Assembly: GCF_006345805.1 (NCBI RefSeq)
Contig: NC_043003.1
Location: 89,218,001 to 89,282,000 of the forward strand
Direction: 5' to 3'
Length of the DNA: 64,000 nt
DNA from: Octopus sinensis
Lineage: Eukaryota
Of this stretch, positions 51,080 through 62,445 are shown in pieces. Positions within the stretch are counted from its first letter, which is position 1. Each line of letters opens with the position of its first letter. Under the pieces are notes generated by a model, which had not been told where the DNA came from, did not search any database, and saw nothing but the letters and a program-made list of their open reading frames with translations. Made by a program: the position numbers and the translations under genes.

Positions 51080-51949
51080 ATATGTTAGATGAGTATAGAG
51101 CAGTAATAAGAAAATGAGATCACAAAGGAATAAGGAAGTATCTTACATACTTTGTTAGCTTACAGCTGTTTCTGCTATATGATGTAGTGGACTCATAACC
51201 GAGTATCTGAATAACACCTTATAGCTTCATTGGAGCATTGAATATGAGAATATGAAGTGCAATTTATTTGCAATTTCGTTGTGTACATACCACTGCATGT
51301 GTATGTTGCTTGCATATGTATGTATGTATATATGTGTGGTCTGATCAATAAGTATCCGGACTGTTGCCATAGTTGTATTTTAATTGCACAGACTTCCTAT
51401 TTTAAACTCTTCCCACTGTCCATTCTTGGTGGTTAGTGGTGTTCCTTATTTCATGCTTTCTGTTTTGATCAATTTTAGGATGGTGTATCCCACTATGTTT
51501 ATTATTTCAATTATTACTACCATTAAAGAATTTAAATTTTTCTCTAAATTCTGCCTTCTCTAATGCTAAATTATAAAAGTCCTCATTTAGTTTAAAAGAG
51601 GTTAGCAATGCAGACTGATATATTTTCTACTAAAGATCACGTTCTACATTTTGAGTGATTGCCATTTTTATGAATGTATCTAAGGTTTGTATTAAGCTTC
51701 TGATACAGCCTGTAAATGCCTGTGCATAGATCTAAATTAACGTCAAGAAAGTTAACTGAGTTACGCTCCTCTTCTATTGATATAGAAAGTCCTATATTTC
51801 TAAAATATATGTAGGTCGGTGTTATTTATGCTGTAGAAAACTTTTTAATGAAACAGTTTTGGATGTGAATAAATGTCCACTCTCCTTTCATTATCAATTG
51901 TATACTCTACAGAATATTTTCACATTATTTACATTATTTACAATTGACA

Positions 51950-52700
51950 AATATTTGTCCTCATCTTGTTTGTTGTTAACACAACATTTCAGCTGATATA
52001 CCCTCCAGCTTTCATCAGATGTCTTGGGGAAATTTCGAACCTCGGTTCTCATTCCTAAGGTGTTGTTGTTGTTTCAAACTCGGAATTTTGGGGTTAGTAG
52101 CCCGCGCTCTTAACCACTATGCCATATGCCCATGGACAATTATGGAGTGAATTGTAGGGCTTATAAATCTAATCTTTTCCTATCCTTCCTTAATACCAGT
52201 ACCCATATGCTGCTCATATCTGCACTCAGTCTGCTTAGGAGGTTGTTGTGTCCTAGCATATGTACTGCTTCTTTTAGTTTCCATATTTTCCAGTGGTGTT
52301 CTCTGTCTATTATTTTAACTTCATCCCACAGGGGGAAGTGGTCTCCATTTTTCCATACATGATCAGCTATACCTGATTTATCAATATCTCCTCATGTCAC
52401 AGCTTTGCGATGTTCCTCTACCCTTATTTTGAGGGGGCGGCATGTTTCGCCTTGGTATAACCTACTACAGTTGCATGGGATGGAGTACATGCAGTCTTTG
52501 GTCATATTCTCTTCTATTGGTGGTTTTACTCGAAGGAGATATTTGCAAAGTGTTGTATTACTTTTGAATACTGTCCTGATGTCATATGGGCCGAATATCT
52601 TTTGAATCTTTCCGGAGAGGCCTTTCACATAGGGTAGACAGACCGTGGACAGTTTATTGGTTTCATCCTCTCTCTTCTTCATAATGTAAATAATGTACAT
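51950..52700 (-). mobile_element. Penelope/Poseidon-type PLE 3' end: GIY-YIG endonuclease plus pLTR
   Basis: LPYVKGLSGKIQKI, CMYSIPCNCSRLYQGETCRPLKIRVEEH, GIADHVW...WDEVKIIDREHHWK..KLKEA; hammerhead downstream. Confidence 0.9.
51978..52023 (-). ncRNA. Minimal type I hammerhead ribozyme in a PLE pLTR (probably CpG-decayed)
   Basis: Minus strand GACAU-CUGAUGA-A-AGCUG(GAGGGUAUAU)CAGCU-GAAA-UG-UU-GUGUU. Confidence 0.75.
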
Positions 52701-53021
52701 AATTCCTCATCTCTTAAATATAGAACCAGAATATTTTCAGTTCTGAAGAGGAACACGGAACTACCCAAGTAAAGCTTACCAGTACCAGTATCTCTTTTAG
52801 CTTGAGTATGATATAATTGGACCATTGTGGATAGCTGGCATCTATACCAATTTGTGAGATAATACAGCGTCCACCAGAATAATTTAACCCTTTTATACTA
52901 TATGTGTGTGTGTAATAAATTTATATCTATCTATCTATCTATCTGTCTGTCTGTCTCTCTCTCTCTCTCTATCTATCTCTCTACCTACCTAGCTACCTGC
53001 CTGCCTGCCTGCCTGCCTACC

Positions 53022-53063
<42 letters not shown>

Positions 53064-53413
53064 TATATACACACACATATGTACACATCTCTGCCGAAGA
53101 ATACGAATCCCAGAAGATGCTCAGATAAGAAGTTTTGTCATTATGCTACACAAATCCCAAAAGAATATTTTTCTTCCTCGTGTCCTGATCACTAGCCCCT
53201 CTCTCTCTCTATCTGTCTGTCTGTCTGTCTGTCTCTCTCTGTCGATTACCACTCGCTTCACCAAGACTTCTTCCACCATCACCACCACCACCCTATATAA
53301 ACTAGCGCACACACTCAGATTCCCCTACTCGATTTTTTTTATATACCTCCACCAAAGGAATACATATCCAGAAGATGCTCTCGTCTAAATTTGTCAGTTT
53401 GCAGTACACTCCT

Positions 53414-54125
53414 GACCTGGTGGTCAATGAGGAAACTAGGGATAGATGAACGGTTAGTGAGAGATGTGCAAGCCATGTACAGGGATGCTGTCAGTAAGAT
53501 GAGGGTTGGCAACGAGCACAGCAAAGAATTCAAGGTAGAGGTAGGGGTCCACCAAGGTTCAGTCCTCAGCCCCCTTTTATTTATCATAGTCCTCCAGGCA
53601 ATGACAGAGGAATTCAAGTCAGGATGCCCCTGGGAGCTCCTCTATGCTGACGACCTTGCTCTAATTGCTGAGTCACTATCAGAACTAGAGGACAAGTTTC
53701 AGGTGTGGAAACATGGATTAGAATCGAGTAGCCTTAGAATCAACCTAGCTAAAACCAAGGTCCTAATAGGAAGGCAGGCAAACCACAAATCCCTTCAGGT
53801 AGATGGCCCTGCTTGATCTGTACCACCCTAACCCTAACCCTACCGTGAAGCATGGTAGTTCGCACACATGCATCATACAATCTACCTTTCACTCTGAGTG
53901 AGAGACCCTTTGTCACCAGTAGGGGTAGAAGCTTTCTAAACTTTACCCAGGCTATTCTTATTCTGGTGGTAACACTCTCAGAGCATCCACCCCCACTACT
54001 AACTTGGTCACCCAGGTAGTGGAAAATATCAACTACTTCTAGTTTCTCACCCTCAAGTGTGATGGAATCTGTTTTCTGAATATCTATGGTGTCTATTGAC
54101 CCTGTTCATCTGTCGCATACGAAAG

Positions 54126-54163
<38 letters not shown>

Positions 54164-54637
54164 AAATCAAAATCAAATCAAATCAAATCAGATATCAGAA
54201 AGCAGAACCAAAATCGAAGTCGATCAACATTAATGGAGATGGCAGCTGTGATACCAGTGCCGGTGACAAGTAAGCGAACCATCCGATCATGGCCGTTGCC
54301 AGCGCCGCCCTGACTGGCCTCCGTGCCAGTGGCACATAAAAAGCACCATCCGTTCCTGGCCATTGCCAGCCTCGCCTGGCCCCTGTGCTGGTGGCACGTA
54401 AAAAGCACCATCCGTCCGTGGCAGTTTGCCAGCCCCGTCAGGCACCTGTGCGGGTAGCACGTAAAAAGCACCCACTACACTCACGGAGTGGTTGGCGTTA
54501 GGAAGGGCATCCAGCCGTAGAAACACTGCCAGATCAGACTGGGCCTGATGCAGCCTTCTGGCTTCCCAGACCCCAGTTGAACCGTCCAACCCAAGCTAGC
54601 ATGGAAAGCGGACACTAAATGATGATGATGATGATGA
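53414..54637 (+). mobile_element. RTE LINE copy with an internally inverted segment (53843-54126)
   Basis: Plus strand GVHQGSVLSPLLF/YADDLAL to ~53822; minus strand FVC..KLEVVD..YLGD..KGRLYDAC..LHG at 54126-53843; plus-strand 3' UTR to (GAT)n. Confidence 0.88.
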
Positions 54638-54684
54638 CATATATATATAAGATTTTATAGCTTGCTTGAAGCATTGTATATGGA

Positions 54685-54906
54685 ATATAATGTTGAAAGA
54701 TTTAAAAGGCCAAACAATGCAAATAGATTTTAAGATGAGGTAACGTAAACTAAAAGTAAGTTACCTGGTAATGTTTGGTCTTATATGTATCCAATATAAG
54801 ATACGTATAAGACCAAAGATTACCAGGTAACTTACTTTCAGTTTACGTTACCTCATCTTAAAATCCATTTGCATTGTTTGTCCTTTTAAATCTTTCAACA
54901 TTATAT
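54685..54906. repeat. Long fold-back inverted repeat (~107-bp arms, 8-nt loop)
   Basis: Arm 54685-54791 is the reverse complement of 54800-54906 with 5 mismatches counted by eye. Confidence 0.92.
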
Positions 54907-55222
54907 ATATACACACACACACACACATGAATGAGTGGACAAACAAAAGAAAAGAACACTCAATACATTTCATAGGTGCTACATGTATTTAAAACAGTTG
55001 GATTCAGTTCTGTGCTACTTTGTGGGCCCCTAACAGAAGCTCAACTCCTTCAGGCCTGAAGGAGTGAGACTCCTGTTAGAGTCCTATGGAAGTTTGAAGT
55101 AGTACAGAACGGAATCAGACTGTTTGAAATAATATATATATATATATAATAAATTAATAAATAAATAAAACATATGCACATATACATACATATATGTACA
55201 TACCTACCCCTACATGTATATA

Positions 55223-56499
55223 CGAGGGACGTTCAATAAGTAATGCCTCTGACCCACTTGCAGTTGTTTGATTGCATGTGCAATCATTTATATCTCTATA
55301 GAGTAAGTGGCAAATTACAGCTCTGAATTAATTGTGGTTTCTGATTTACAGGCGTTTGAACTGAGTCAAGTGTGAAATGGATCCTGTTGAGTGTCAAGCA
55401 GTGATCCGGTTTTTGTATTTGAAAGGACGCACACCACGGGAGACTTTTGATGAAATGAAAGTAACTTATGGTGATGATGCCTCATCATATGACCTTGTAA
55501 AACGCTGGCATCGTGAATTCAAACATGGTCGGAACTCTGTGGAAACAGCTCCCAGATCTGGTCGCCCCCTTCTGCCATTGATGAGGCATCTGTCCGTCAA
55601 GTTGAGGCTGCCATTTTGGAAGATCGACGCATAATTATTCGCCAAATAGCCCATGAGGTCAAGATTAGTACCGGGTCTGTGGAAACTATCATTCATGACC
55701 ATTTGCATATGCAAAAGGTGTCTGCCAGATGGATTCCCAGGTTGCTCACACCTTTCCAGAAGCAAGAACGCGTCGAGTGCTCGAGGGTGAATTTGGAGAT
55801 GTGCCAAGAAGATGAGTCAAAATTTTTCAAAAGACTGATTACACAGGATGAAATTGGGTCCATCACGATGATCCAGAGACCAAATCCCAGTCAATGAAGA
55901 GGAAGCACCGTAACTCACCCCCTCCAAAGAAGGCAAGGGTGCAGCCCTCCGCTGGCAAGGTCATGCTCACAGTCTTCTGGGACCAGGACGGAGTAGTGAT
56001 GACAGATTTCCTGGCAAAGGGTACCACAATTGCAGGAGCCTATTATGCTTCACTTTTGAAGAAATTAAGAGAAGTTATCAAAATCAAGAGGCGGGGCAAG
56101 ATCAACAAAGGCATCCTCCTCCTGCAGGACAACGCTCCGGTCCACAACTCGCTTGTCGCCAGATCAGAAGCACAGGCGTATGGCTATGAACTCCTCCCCA
56201 TTCCCCCTACTTTCCTGACCTTGCACCCTCTGATTTTCACCTCTTCCCAATCATGAAGTTGTTTTTGAAAGGAAAGCGTTTCCCAGATGATGCAGCCTTG
56301 ATTTCTGAAGTCACGTTGAGGTTGGAGGACCAAGCTGGGTTCTTCTACAAAAACGGTCTCCAGAGCCGCATCAAACGATGGGAGAAATGCGTAACTCTGG
56401 GTGGTTCCTATGTAGAAAAAGACTAATAACTGTGCCAAGTTTCGTTGCTCTACTGCTATGGGAAGTGGGTCAGGGACATTACTTATTGAACGCCCCTCG
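55223..56499 (+). mobile_element. Near full-length mariner (DD34D) with frameshifted transposase
   Basis: TIRs 'cgagggacgttcaataagtaatg' / 'cattacttattgaacgcccctcg', TA TSD; MDPVECQAVIRFL, ARWIPRLLT, ITQDE, LLQDNAPVH, DLAPSDFHLFP. Confidence 0.95.
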
Positions 56500-56715
56500 T
56501 ATACATGCATATATGGGTACAGGACACCAAAAAAACGTTGAACACAATGAGAAACGAAAACATAAACACAAAACCAAGGAAATAGACATTTTTCTTAAAC
56601 AACGAAAAAATAGAGTACAAGACATACAAAACAAGGAAAATTCCCCTTCTTCAGTCGCCTTTGTTTCATCTACTCCACGTTTCGAAGGTGGAGTAGATAT
56701 ATATATATATATATA

Positions 56716-57112
56716 GGTGCAGGAGTGGCTGTGTGGTAAGTAGCTTGCTAACCAACCACATGGTTCCGGGTTCAGTCCCACTGCGTGGCATCTTGGGCAA
56801 GTGTCTTCTGCTATAGCCCCGGGCCGACCAATGCCTTGTGAGTGGATTTGGTAGACGGAAACTGAAAGAAGCCTGTCGTATATATGTGTGTGTTTGTGTG
56901 TCTGTGTTTGTCCCCCTAGCATTGCTTGACAAGCGAAGCTGGTGTGTTTACGTCCCCGTCACTTAGCGGTTCGGCAAAAAAAACCGATAGAATAAGTACT
57001 GGGCTTACAAAGAATAAGTCCCGGGGTCGATTCTTGCTCGACTAAAGGCGGTGCTCCAGCATGGCCGCAGTCAAAATGACTGAAACAAGTAAAAGAGTAA
57101 AGAGTAAAGAGT
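56716..57112 (+). mobile_element. Full-length tRNA-derived SINE with (AAAGAGT)3 tail
   Basis: A box TGGCTGTGTGG, B box GGTTCAGTCCC, central 'ttgggcaagtgtctt' core, tandem tail. Confidence 0.88.
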
Positions 57113-57804
57113 ATATATATATATCTGGTGTATATATGCATTTCTGTGTGTGTGTATTTAGGTACATGTGTGTGTATGTGTATATACATATATATGTATA
57201 AATATGTCACCATTGTCATCACTGATGATGGTTGAGCCATATAGGTGCAAGTTTGGCTGTGTGGTAAGAAGTTTGCTTCTCAACTACATGTCCTGGGTTC
57301 AGTCCTATTGCATGGCACCTTGAGAAAGTGATATAGAAAACTGAAAGAAACTTGTCGTGTGTTACTGTCTTCTTGCCTTAACATTGCACGCTGGTTGTAA
57401 AGGAGTGCCAGTGTCATGCAAGTGGTGCTCTTTGTTTCCAGTATTCTGTAAAAATATGTCTGATTATGAGGAAATATTACCTTACTTGAAGGTAGTGAGA
57501 AAAAATAAAAACTCTGGGTAGTTTGTCTATTTTCTTATTTTCCTCCAAAGGTGTAAAATGAAAGATTTAGGACACAAAATTTTAATTCTATGATTTTCCT
57601 GTCTTTTATCTTTTATTTTTCACGTGTTTCAGTCATTAGACTATGGCTATGCTGGAGCACTGCCGTGAAGATTTTTTTTGTCAACAATTTTTTTTCTTTT
57701 TGTTCCAATTGATTTTTTTTTTTGACTGATAACAGTTTTTTAAAACAAAATTTGGTTTACAAAAGACAAAAAATATAAATTATTTTTTAATTTTTATTTT
57801 ACTT

Positions 57805-57849
57805 TCAGCTGATAACTCTACCAGGGCAGTACTTTTCCTTGTCCTTGCC
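57805..57849 (-). CDS. IFI30: Terminal coding exon of a GILT-like thiol reductase (GKDKEKYCPGRVIS*)
   Basis: Acceptor ttttaatacag|GGC, phase 0 matching the upstream exon; supplies the conserved C-terminal G...C after the LIC..Y motif; AATAAA downstream. Confidence 0.75.
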   Translation of the reverse strand, partial: GKDKEKYCPGRVIS

Positions 57850-58425
57850 CTGTATTAAAAGATAGAAATAAAAATTAAATAAAAATAAAAATATAAATAT
57901 ATTGTTGTGAAAATGTAATAAAATAATCTAAATCAATTTATTTTCTATTGAGAAATGTTTACTTTTACATTTTAAAACTGATCTCCCTTGTCTGAGAGGG
58001 TTTACATCTTTTACCTGAAAACTTTGCTTTATATAATTCTCATTTCCCCAACAAAAAATGGTTTAATTAATTAATTGATTAATTAATTAATCATACAAAT
58101 TTTAATTATTGAAATATAGGTCTGGAAAGAAAAGAAAGATGTTAATATCAAAAATTTGTTTCAAGATGAACTCAAAACTTGGCTTTGAGTAATACAAAAA
58201 TATCTTTATATTGCTTGCCATCTATTTCTATCAACTGGCTCAGGTGGGATGGTTTTAGCAAATTAGAAAACATGTTCATTGAAACAAAGCTCAATCTATT
58301 TCAAACCATGACCATCTTGTCTCTGATATTCACATTTTCCCTGTTATAAGGTTTTTTTTACATGGTTCCTAGTCTGAAGATGTTAGAAATGAGCCAGTCA
58401 AACAATTATGTAGATATTTCTCTGC

Positions 58426-58628
58426 TAATTCATTTAGGAGTAAATCTGTTGGATAGCTGAATGTCTCTTCTTAACTGATTCAAGAGTAAATGTCTTATCA
58501 GAGAGAGAGCTGGGTGTTTCCTTCATTAATTTATTCAAGCGTAAATGCCTTATAAGACAGAAAGCTGGAGGTATCTTTCATTAATTCATTCAGGAGTAAA
58601 TGCTTTATTAGTTGGAAAGCTGGATGTC
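58426..58628. repeat. Degenerate ~55-bp tandem repeat, 4 units, in the last GILT intron
   Basis: 'GTAAAT' anchors at 58440, 58486, 58541, 58596 (periods 46, 55, 55). Confidence 0.75.
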
Positions 58629-59473
58629 AGCCAATTAGTCAGAAGTAAACAAAGTGATATTCTTGCCTTGATGGTTATAGCAAAGTTTGAACTAATGCCT
58701 AGCATCTTAACCAAACAACTAGTTTTTGTTTTTAGTGTGTTTTTTTAAAAGAAGAAGCATATTTATTTATAAGGCTACCATTTTTACTTCAATGTATGCA
58801 TTACCAACTTTCAATAATTTCTACATCAGAGACTGACAACCAACAGTCCATATTTTTATTACATGTGGCCAATGGGCCACATATATATGATATCTATTGC
58901 ATATGAAAATACCTCTACACATCACCTATTACCTACTTTTTCATGAGTGGCAATATTTATGTAAACAAAAATTAAAGAAACCATGACACAGAAGACCATC
59001 TAAAAATCATCAATTGCTCAGTGGCCCACAAATACATTAATCCTTTTGATACCAACCTGCCTGAGATTGCCCCTGGTTCTATGATACAAATAAAGTTATC
59101 TCAATTAAAACCTTCCATCAAAATTTCATGTTAGTTTAAATTCCAGACATCAACTTAATTATTTTAATAAATTCTTCATTATTTTTGCAATAATTGGAAC
59201 AAAGGTAATATATTTCAGCATAAATATGGCAACAAAAGGGTTAAATTTTTATAAGAAAAGGTCTGAGGCCCTGAGAAAACACTTCAGTGGTTCACTCACT
59301 GCTGACCTTTGGTCTACATCCTCTTAATGGTAATTACTCAAGTTGCTAGAAATAAGAGTCAAACTGTCCACAAATCATACTCTTCTGTCTAAAATGGACA
59401 CAAACCTTCAATCTAACTGACTTAAAATGAAGAAAAGGGAAAACGAAAACGATAAGCAATTTTAAATACTAAC

Positions 59474-59686
59474 TTGGTATGTTTCACAGATCAAATCTGT
59501 CAAATTATTTTCTGCTTTTCTTTGTATATGTTCTGAATGAACACCATTAAGAGTGACCCAAGGAACATACATGGGTGGAAGAGGCAAAGCATTAGTTTTC
59601 AATGCCATTTGGTGTTCTAAATAGATTCCAGTTGTTCCATTAGCACATGCAATCAGGTTATCTCTTTTACTTATGTGTTTCATAAC
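59474..59686 (-). CDS. IFI30: Penultimate exon of gamma-interferon-inducible lysosomal thiol reductase (GILT)-like gene
   Basis: 71 codons: VMKH...IACANGTTGIYLEHQMALKTNALPLPPMYVPWVTLNGVHSEHIQRKAENNLTDLICETYQ (GILT C-terminal YVPW..NG and LIC..Y motifs); acceptor ttttttacctttcag| and donor CAA|gttagt. Confidence 0.9.
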
Positions 59687-59799
59687 CTGAAAGGTAAAAA
59701 AAGGTGACAACAATATAATTAGTTCATCTATGAGCACAAAAATAAAGTCAAACATGTCAATGTTAATCAATCAATTTCCCTAATGACTAGAGCAAGTTC

Positions 59800-61357
59800 A
59801 CAGTCAATGCCTTGGTTGATAAAATAATTAAGGATATGAAGACAGGGAAAGCCCACCCACTCCCACACCCAGCCCATCAGGAATCACTGCTGAGATGCTT
59901 CAAACATCTGATGGTGTGGGTTATGGTCTAGTCATCTGTATTGTAAATTAAGTGGTTCACAAAGGAGTCATACCCAATGACTGGTGTAGCAGCACCATAG
60001 TCAACTGTTACAAAGGTAAAAGTGATGCTTTCAGTTAGAAATAATTACAGAGGTATCAAACTGTTGGATCAGGTGATGAAAGTTATGGAGAGGGTCATAG
60101 CCCAACTAATTAGGGAGAGAGTTAGGCTGGATGAGATGCTGTTTGGTTTATGCAGGAGAAATACCTAGCCAAAGATAAACCTTTGTATTTGGCTTTTGTT
60201 GACAGGGAGAAAGCTTTTGACAGGAGTCATCTGATCCCTTATCTGGTGGTCAATGAGGAAACTAGGGATAGACGAGTGGTTAGTGAGAGCTGTACAAGCC
60301 ATGTACAAGGACACTACCAGTAAGGTGAGGGCTGGCAATGAGTACAGCAAAGAATTCAGGGTACAAGTTGGGGTTCACCAAGTATCAGTCCTCAGCCCCT
60401 CTTGTTCATCATAGTCCTCCAGGCAATAACAGAGGAATTCAAGACAGGCTGCCCCAGGGGGCTCCTCTATGCTGTTGACCTTGTTCTTATAGCAGAATCA
60501 CTACAAGAACTAGGGAAGATCCAGATATGGAAGCAAGGTCTAGAATTGAAGGGTCTTAGAATTAACCTAGCAAAAACCAAAGTCTTAGTAAATAGGAAGG
60601 CAGAAAATTAACAAATCTCTTTAGGTAGATTTCCTGCTCGATATGTAGAAACTCCATAAGATGTACCTGGTGTAAGCTTTGGACATGTAAGAGGTGCAGC
60701 AATATCAGAGAAAGGTTAAGAGGAAAATAGCTTTTGTGTGTGGAAGATGCACAGCTACAATAAACACTGAAAATGTACAGAAAACAGACTACAACTGCCA
60801 GTGGGGTTAGCTGGAGGTAGTAGGTAGCTTCTGTTATCTAGGTGACCAAGTTAGTAGTGGAGGTGGATGCTCCGAGAGCATAGCTGTGAGAATAAGAATA
60901 GGTTGGGCAAAGTTCAGAGAGCTCCTACCTCTGCTGGCAACAAAGTGCCTCTTCTTGGAGCAAAAGGCAGATTGTATGATGCCAGTGTACAAACAGCTAT
61001 GCTACACGGCAGTGAAACATGGGCTATGGCACGTGAAAAGCTCCTTTCGAGTGTTGGGCCTCATGGATGCAATGACTGAGACCTTTGGCATTATGCCATG
61101 CTTGAGAAGAAGACCCATCAAGCCAAGTAAAATTGCAGTCACAGCAGATACCAGTGTTGTGCAAATGGCACCTATACCAGTGGCATGTAAAAGCACCCAT
61201 TACACTCTTGGAGAGGTTGGTGTTAGGAAGGGCATCCAGCTGTAGAAACCATGCCAAATCAGATTGGGATCTGGTGCAGCCTTCCAGCTTGCAAGCCCTG
61301 GTCAAACCATCCAACCAATGCTAGCATGGACAACGGCCACTAAATGATGATGATGAT
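59800..61357 (+). mobile_element. Decayed RTE LINE in a GILT intron (antisense to the gene)
   Basis: NYRGIKLLDQVMKV, KAFDR, IIVLQAITEEFKTGCP, KGRLYDA, LHGSETW; (GAT)n tail. Confidence 0.9.
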
Positions 61358-61364
61358 ATCAATT

Positions 61365-61454
<90 letters not shown>

Positions 61455-61707
61455 GTTAATCCAAACATGAACAAAGAGAAAACACAACAATGCGAAGACA
61501 TGGAACAAGTATAGTGTTCTTGGACGCTCAGGAAAGGAAAGAAAGAAGGAGGATTTAAGTTATTGAGCAGAGCTCTTCTTCAGAAACATAGAAAAAGGAA
61601 AATCCAAGGAAGGGAAGACAGAGGAAAAAATCGCCAACGATAAACACATGGTCACATATTGAAATATGCTGCATATTTTTTCCTCTGTCTTCCCTTCCTT
61701 GGATTTT

Positions 61708-61710
<3 letters not shown>
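61455..61710 (-). mobile_element. Probable PLE pLTR fragment with degenerate hammerhead and terminal 35-bp inverted repeat
   Basis: Minus strand CUGAAGA-A-GAGC(UCU)GCUC with GAAA lost at ~61553-61587; arms 61597-61631 / 61675-61709; flanked by (TA)n. Confidence 0.5.
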
Positions 61711-61742
<32 letters not shown>

Positions 61743-61887
61743 TACATACGAGGGGTTTCTTTCAGTTTCCGTCTACCAAATCCACTCACAAGGCTTTTGT
61801 ATCGTCTGTCTGGATGTTTTGTGTTCTTGTCCCATTTTTGATATTCCTTTTCATATATACGTATAAGTATGTATATATATATATATA

Positions 61888-62445
61888 TCATCATCACCAT
61901 CATAGTTTAACGTCTGCTTTCCATGCTAGCATGGGTTGGACGATTTGACTGAGGTCTGGCGAACCAGATGGCTGCACCAGACTCCAATCTGATCTGGCAG
62001 AGTTTCTACAGCTGGATGCCCTTCCTAACGCCAACCACTCTGAGAGTGTAGTGGGTGATTTTACATGCCACCGGCATGAGGGCCAGTCAGGCAGTACTGG
62101 CAAGGGCCATGCTCAAATGGTTCTTTTTTTGTGCCATCTGCACAGGAGCCAGTCTAGTGGCACTGGCAACGACCTTGCATGAATGTTTTTTCATGTGCCA
62201 CCAGCACAAATGCCAGTAAGGCGATGCAGGTAACGAACACGCTCGAATGGTGCTTTTTACGTGCCATCGGCATGGAGGCCAGCTTGTTGCTCTGCTAACG
62301 ATCACGCTTGTATGGTACTCTTAGCGCTCTATTAGCACAGATGCCAGTCATTGAATTTGATTTCGATTTCACTTGCCGCGACAGGTCATCGCAGGCAGAG
62401 TTTAGTGTCCACTGAAGGAAAGGTACGCATAAGTGGGCTGGTTAA
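61888..62445 (-). mobile_element. RTE 3' UTR fragment
   Basis: Reverse complement of the 9450-10019-type tail, with (ATC)n at the left end. Confidence 0.8.

Noticed and set aside
51157-51205. Hammerhead-like GAAACAGCTGTA on the minus strand
   Set aside because: Core is GGTTATGA and stems I and II do not pair; at most a heavily decayed relic
56640-56690. CTGAAGA and CGAAACGT motifs on the minus strand
   Set aside because: Order and pairing do not give a closed hammerhead
56716-56790. tRNA gene
   Set aside because: A/B boxes belong to a SINE head; no cloverleaf or terminator, and it continues into the SINE body
59687-59770. N-terminal part of the 102-aa ORF 59462-59770
   Set aside because: Intronic read-through upstream of the acceptor site; only 59474-59686 is exon
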